Assembly: GCF_009914755.1 (NCBI RefSeq)
Contig: NC_060937.1
Direction: 5' to 3' (one strand)
Source of the DNA: the human T2T-CHM13v2.0 reference genome, Homo sapiens
DNA: 64,000 bases
In this document: piece after piece, positions 58,689 through 64,000 of the stretch
Position numbering within the stretch: position 1 is the stretch's first letter
Layout: each line of letters begins with the position of its first letter
The notes under the pieces: generated by a model
The model's input: the letters and a program-made list of their open reading frames with translations, nothing else
Database searches by the model: none
Told to the model about the DNA's origin: nothing
Made by a program: the position numbers and the translations under genes

Positions 58689-59611
58689 GCATCTGACACA
58701 GATCTAATATCCAGAATCTATAAGGAAATTAAACGAATCAACAAGCAAAAAACAACTCTGAAAAATGAGTAAAGGACATAAACATACTTCTCAAAAGACA
58801 TATATACGGCCAACAAAAATATGAAAAAATGCTCCACCTCACTAATCATCTAGGAAATGCAAATCAAAACCACAATGAGACACCATCTTATGCTAGTGAG
58901 AATGGCTGTCATTAAAAAGTCAAAAAATAACATGCTGACAAGGTTGCAGAGCGAAGGGAACACTTATACACTGCTAGTGGGAATGTAAATTAGTTCAGCC
59001 AGTAGGGAAAGCAGTTTGGTGATTTCTTAAAGAACTTAAAATAGAACTGCCATTTGACCCAGCAATCCCATTACTGAATCAATCCCAATCCCATTACCCA
59101 AATGAATATAAATCATTCTACCACAAAGACACATGCACATATATGTTCATCACAGGACTATTCATGATAGCAAAGACATAATATCAACCCAGATGGCCAT
59201 CAATGGTGAACTAGAAAAAGAAATGTGGTACATATATACTATGGAATACTATGTAGCCATAAAAAAGAATGAGATTATGTTCTTTGCAGGAACATGGATG
59301 TAGCTGAAGGCCATTATACTAAGGAAATCAACACAAACAGAAAACCAAATAACACATGTTCTCACTTATAAGTGGGAGCTAAATATTGAGTATACATAGA
59401 CACAAAGAAGGGAACAATAGACACCAGAGCATTTTGTGGGGAGGAAGGTGGGAAGAGGCTGAGGATTGAAAAGCTACAAATTGGATATTATGCTGATTAC
59501 CTGGGTGTCAAAATTATCTGTACACCAAACCAACAAGACATGCAATTTGCTCATGTAACAAACCTGCACATGTACCCCTTGGATCTAAAATGGAAGTAGG
59601 AAAGAACAAAA

Positions 59612-60928
59612 TATTCCATTTACAATAACTCAAAAATACTTAGAAATAAACTTAACAAAAGAAGTTTAAGATTTGTCCACTATAAAAAGTTAAAATTTTT
59701 TGAAAAAAAATAGACAATCTAAATAAATGGAAGGACAGCTAATATTCAAAGATAACAAACTTAATTTTGGTAAGATCACATTCTTCAAAGGGATCTGCAG
59801 ATTCAATGCAATTTTTGTTACAATCCCAGCTGTCTTTTTACAGAAATTGGCCAGCTGACGCTACAATTTATAGGTAAATGCAAAAGAAATCAAATAACCA
59901 AATAAATGTCAAAACCAAAAACATTTTTTAAAAAGTTAATTTACCATGACCAAGTAGGCTTCATTTCTGGGATGCAAGATGTGGTTCAACATACACAAAT
60001 CAATAAATGTGATTCACTACATAAACAGAATTAAAAACAAAAATCCAACTTCATGACAAAATCCCTCAAGAATATAGACATCAAGGGAACATACCTCAAA
60101 ATAATAAGAGCCATCTATGACAAACCCACAGCCAACATCATACTGAACCAGGAAAAAATGGAAGCATTCTCCTTGAGAATTTTGACAAGACAAGGTTTCC
60201 CACTCTTACCACTCCTATTCAACATAGTACTGGAAGTGCTAGCCAGAGAAATCAGGCAAAAGAAATAAAAGGCATCGAAATAGGAAAAGAAAAAGTCAAA
60301 CAATCTCTCTTCAAAAAGCCAAACGATTTTTCTTCATGTATTCTTAAAAGTTAAAAATACATCAAATCCATAATCTAGCCTCTACACTTTCAGATATTTA
60401 CCAAGAGGATAAAAAAAGTATAATTTTATACAAAGATCTACAGACAAAATTACTACAATAAAAGCAGGTATATTTGTAATAGTCAAAAACTGGAAATGAC
60501 CCAAATGGCCATCAGTAAGTAAATGGATAAAAGGAAAAGGTGGCATATCTATGCAATGGAATACTATTCAGTAACAAAAAAGAATGAACCATTAATAGAT
60601 GCAACAACATGGATGAATCTCAGAATAATTATGCTGAGTGAAAAAAGCAGACAAAAAAGTACATATTGTTTGATTTTATTTATATGAAACTCAAGAGAAA
60701 GTAAATCAGTATATAGTGGATCAGTAGATACCTGGAGAGAGCTGACGTGGGGAGGAGCCAGAGACAGGGATCACATAGGGCTAGGAGGAAATCTTGGGGC
60801 ATGATGGATCCATTCACTATCTTGATCATAAGGCTGGTTCCATAGGTGTGTATACATGTCAAAACATCAAATATTATACCTTAAATATATGCAATTTGTT
60901 TTAAGTCAATTATACCTCAATAAAAAAT
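59612..60928 (+). mobile_element. Old L1MD/ME ORF2 + 3'UTR fragments, containing a younger L1PA/PB-type RT piece at 59930-60312
   Basis: ggatgaatctcagaataattatgctgagtgaaa...gtcaattatacctcaataaa 3' end; peptide [21 protein letters not shown] in the insert. Confidence 0.8.
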
Positions 60929-61786
60929 ATTTTGTATGTCATTCTAGTCTGTGTTCCAAAGTGGAAATATACCTTGAAGCTAAATATACTCTTTCAAGAT
61001 GGCCTCATTAGATACAGAAGTAAATGTCAAATTATATCGTCCTTTTAGAGACAACACAGGTAGCATGTTTGAAATACATTATCCTTGGAAAGAATGTTCA
61101 AATATATGCTTTGTTCCTAGGAGTCTTTGGAAGGTGAAGTGATTATTTTTGCCCCTATGATATTACTTTAGGTACAAGTACTTAAAGGAGATCATTGATG
61201 TGACTTACTCTTAATTAGCTGAAAGTGTCATTGGTGAATTAGTAAGGTTCCACATAGTTTAATTAAATTACCAACCTCAGGAGCACACTGAGGGTAAGAA
61301 TTACAGTGCGGAACTTGCCAACTGCACCCTTGAAGGGCCAAGGGTCAATTGGCCCCTCCAGGAGAAAGCAGCTGTTTTCACTCAATACAACCATCCTGGA
61401 CTATTCTGGAGGCATGTCGAGAAGTCACAAATCACACAGCCAAAATTAATAACTAAATAGCATATAAACCACTTGTATGTACAAACTTGTAGAGAAAATA
61501 TTTTTTATAATTTCAGTGAAAACCTGTCCCAGCCAAGTTGACAGTGTCCAGACCTTTGTGGTCATGTGTGTCCAGTGACTTCATTTATTTATCTATTTCA
61601 GAAGAAAAGAGATGAGTTGGAAGGTGATTGAAATTTAAGACAACTAGAGAGAACTATAGTTCATTTATTTGTTATACCTCATAATTATTTGTTAAATTAA
61701 TATCTTCTAAAATGAAACTTCACTGAGGAATGGGTTATATTTCTGTTTTATTCAGGCTAAAAGCCCAGGGCTTGGCATAGTGTAGA

Positions 61787-61945
61787 ATAATAATATCTAA
61801 CACTTGAGTAGCATTCACAGTATTCTATGAACTTTGCCAAGGGCTTCATATGTATTAATGTAATTTCTCCTAATCACACCATGAAGTTGATATTAATACC
61901 ATTTTACAGATGAGAAAACCAAGGCACAAATAATTTAATAATTGA
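61787..61945 (-). mobile_element. MIR SINE
   Basis: ccattttacagatgagaaaaccaaggcaca core, antisense. Confidence 0.8.
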
Positions 61946-62084
61946 TTAATGATGAAATGTTTGCCACATCCACTAGGTGGCAAACACAGTGCAGACATTG
62001 GGTAGGTCAAGGTGGCACACTACTTTAGTTGAGAAGATTCTAATGTGGTGGTCTCTGCCCTAGCAGGTTTAAAAGCCTAGTGTT

Positions 62085-62247
62085 GCTGGGTACAGTGGCT
62101 CACACCTATAACTTCAGCATTTTGGGAGACTGAGGAAGGAGGATGGCTTGAGGCCAGGAGTTCAAGGCTTTAGTAAGCTATGAAAGCACCACTGCACTCC
62201 AGCCTGGATGAAAGAGTGAGCCTCGTCTCTTAAAAAAATAAAATAAA
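62085..62247 (+). mobile_element. Alu monomer (FRAM-like)
   Basis: Single ~145-bp arm plus A tail. Confidence 0.85.
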
Positions 62248-62743
62248 GGATAACTTAGTGCTGTGGGAGCTTCCTCAGGGTACAGACCACAGCTTGTTCA
62301 GTCATATTCCCAGCAGAGGAGGAATGGAGTATGTGTCCAAGATATTTTGTTGAAGTAGAAAGACACATATCAAAAAGGGGGAAATATTAAATCTGAGGTC
62401 CAGTTTAAAGAAAATATGAATAGGAAAGTGTGAAAACACAAGTTGTAAAGGGAAAATAATGAGGAGGTGAAATAGAGTATCCCAGAAATTATTGTTGCTT
62501 TTGAGGAAAAAATACATTCAGAGAATGAACTGAGCTCCTTCTCGCCATGAAAATGAGATATGCCACCCTCAGGAGCCAGTGAGCAACTAGGGGTAGAGAG
62601 AAAAGTTCCTTTAATAATCAGATTAAATCATGCTTTGGGGTTCAGGGAAATTGCTCATATTTTTTTTGTTGCTGCTCCAAAGAGATGTAGTCATTCTGAG
62701 TAACAAATGAGAATCTGCCACACATATGTGCACATGTATACAA

Positions 62744-62772
62744 ACACACACACACACACACATACACATATA
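62744..62772. repeat. (CA)n/(TA)n microsatellite
   Basis: Direct observation. Confidence 0.9.
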
Positions 62773-63312
62773 TCAGTGTTTTTAGTAGGATTTGATTTCA
62801 GTGACAGGAAAAGGGATGGGGAGTTGGTGCAGACACATCCAATAATGTTCAGGCTCAGATAATCTTTGTGCATTCCTTGGCACCAACGCTTAGTGATCTC
62901 CTATTGGCCAAAACTACAGAAACCAATAAGATGTGGGTGCTGAGGCACCGGATGCAGCAGAGGTGCCAGTAGTAGGAAGAAAAGCAGTAATTGGCTGTAC
63001 TGCCCTAGGGAAGGATTATCTTCTCCTGGGACTGGGGGTGGGGGCAGACAAAACTAATATGGCAAATGTTAGGGATTAGATTGAATGCATCAGGAGAAAT
63101 ACAAGGAGACAATGGACTTCATCTTGTAGCTCTGGGGATTCAAGGGTAAGGAAAATATGAAAAAAAAAATTTTTTTTTAAGAAAGAATACAGTAAAGAAG
63201 ATAGATTTTTATATCTATATTGTAAAAATCTGCTCTAAAAGATTTCTCATCAGTTTTTTCCAATATTTTTGCTAATTTCCCCAGATAATTAATACTTATT
63301 CCAATTCCACAT

Positions 63313-64000
63313 TGTCTTGTCCGTAAGAAAACACCTTAGACTGGACAATTTATAAAGAACAAAAATTTATTTATTATAGTTCTGGAGGCAGGGAAGTACA
63401 AGATCAAGGCACTGGAATTGGTGTATGGTGAGGGCTGCTCTCTGCTTCCAGAATGCTGCCTTGTTGTATCCTTACATGGAGGAAGGTGGAAGGGCAAGAG
63501 TGCATCTCTTTCAACCTTGAGTCCTTTTGTAGAAGCGCTAATCCCACTCATAAGAGTTGTACTTGTCCATTCTCACATTGTTATAAAGAAATACCTAAGA
63601 CTGGGTAATTTAAAGACAAGAGGTTTAATTGGTTCTGCAGGCAGCACAGGAAGTATGGTGCTGGCATCTGCTCAGCTTCTGAGGAGGCCTCAGGAAGCTT
63701 ACAATCATGGCAGAAGGTGAAGGGGTAGCAGGCATGTCACATGACCAGAACAGAAGCAAGAGTGAGGGGGGAGATGCTACATGCCTTTAAACAACCAGAT
63801 CTCACAAGAACTCACTCACTATCATGAGGATAGTACCAAGGGGGATGGTGCTAACCATTCATCAGAAAACTGCCCCCATAATCCAGTCACCTCCCACCAG
63901 GCCCCACCTCCCACCTTGCAGATTACATTTTAATATAAGATTTGTACAAACTTAAACAAATTTACAAGAAAAAAATCAAACAACCCCATCAAAAAGTGGG
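63313..64000. mobile_element. Nested set: minus-strand MSTC/MLT1A-like LTR (63313-63557), minus-strand MSTA-like LTR (63558-63944), plus-strand L1PA ORF2 piece (63949-64000, runs off the window)
   Basis: MaLR LTR motifs; aacttaaacaaatttacaagaaaaaa...aaaaagtggg matches L1 sequence at 9599-9649. Confidence 0.85.

Overview
Primate (human-like) nuclear DNA: CpG-depleted, AT-rich, and roughly two-thirds interspersed repeat by my rough count. No intact protein-coding gene is supportable; every protein-like ORF in the track is a LINE-1 ORF1/ORF2, Alu or MaLR remnant. There are two large nested-repeat blocks. The first (~0.9-14 kb) is an L1MC holding an L1PB, a 5'-inverted L1PA7, a young L1PA tail, four Alus and a MER85. 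The second (36.7-61 kb) has a full-length L1PA7, a Tigger3b carrying an old mitochondrial 16S NUMT and a THE1D, and an L1PA16 carrying MSTA/LTR8/THE1A. The most interesting part is the repeat-poor 17-29 kb island. It contains a minus-strand triple-GAAA ISRE/TATA/initiator promoter (~25570-25625) with plausible downstream non-coding exons. This promoter is flanked by three local copies (two direct, one inverted) of a module carrying NF-kB-like sites; the two long copies also carry IRF- and ETS-like motifs and a plus-strand cassette exon. It looks like a candidate interferon/NF-kB-inducible lncRNA or enhancer locus built by local duplication; this is inference with no expression evidence, and the locus may already be annotated. 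Repeat subfamily names come from my recall of consensus sequences, not from a RepeatMasker run. I cannot identify the locus by name.
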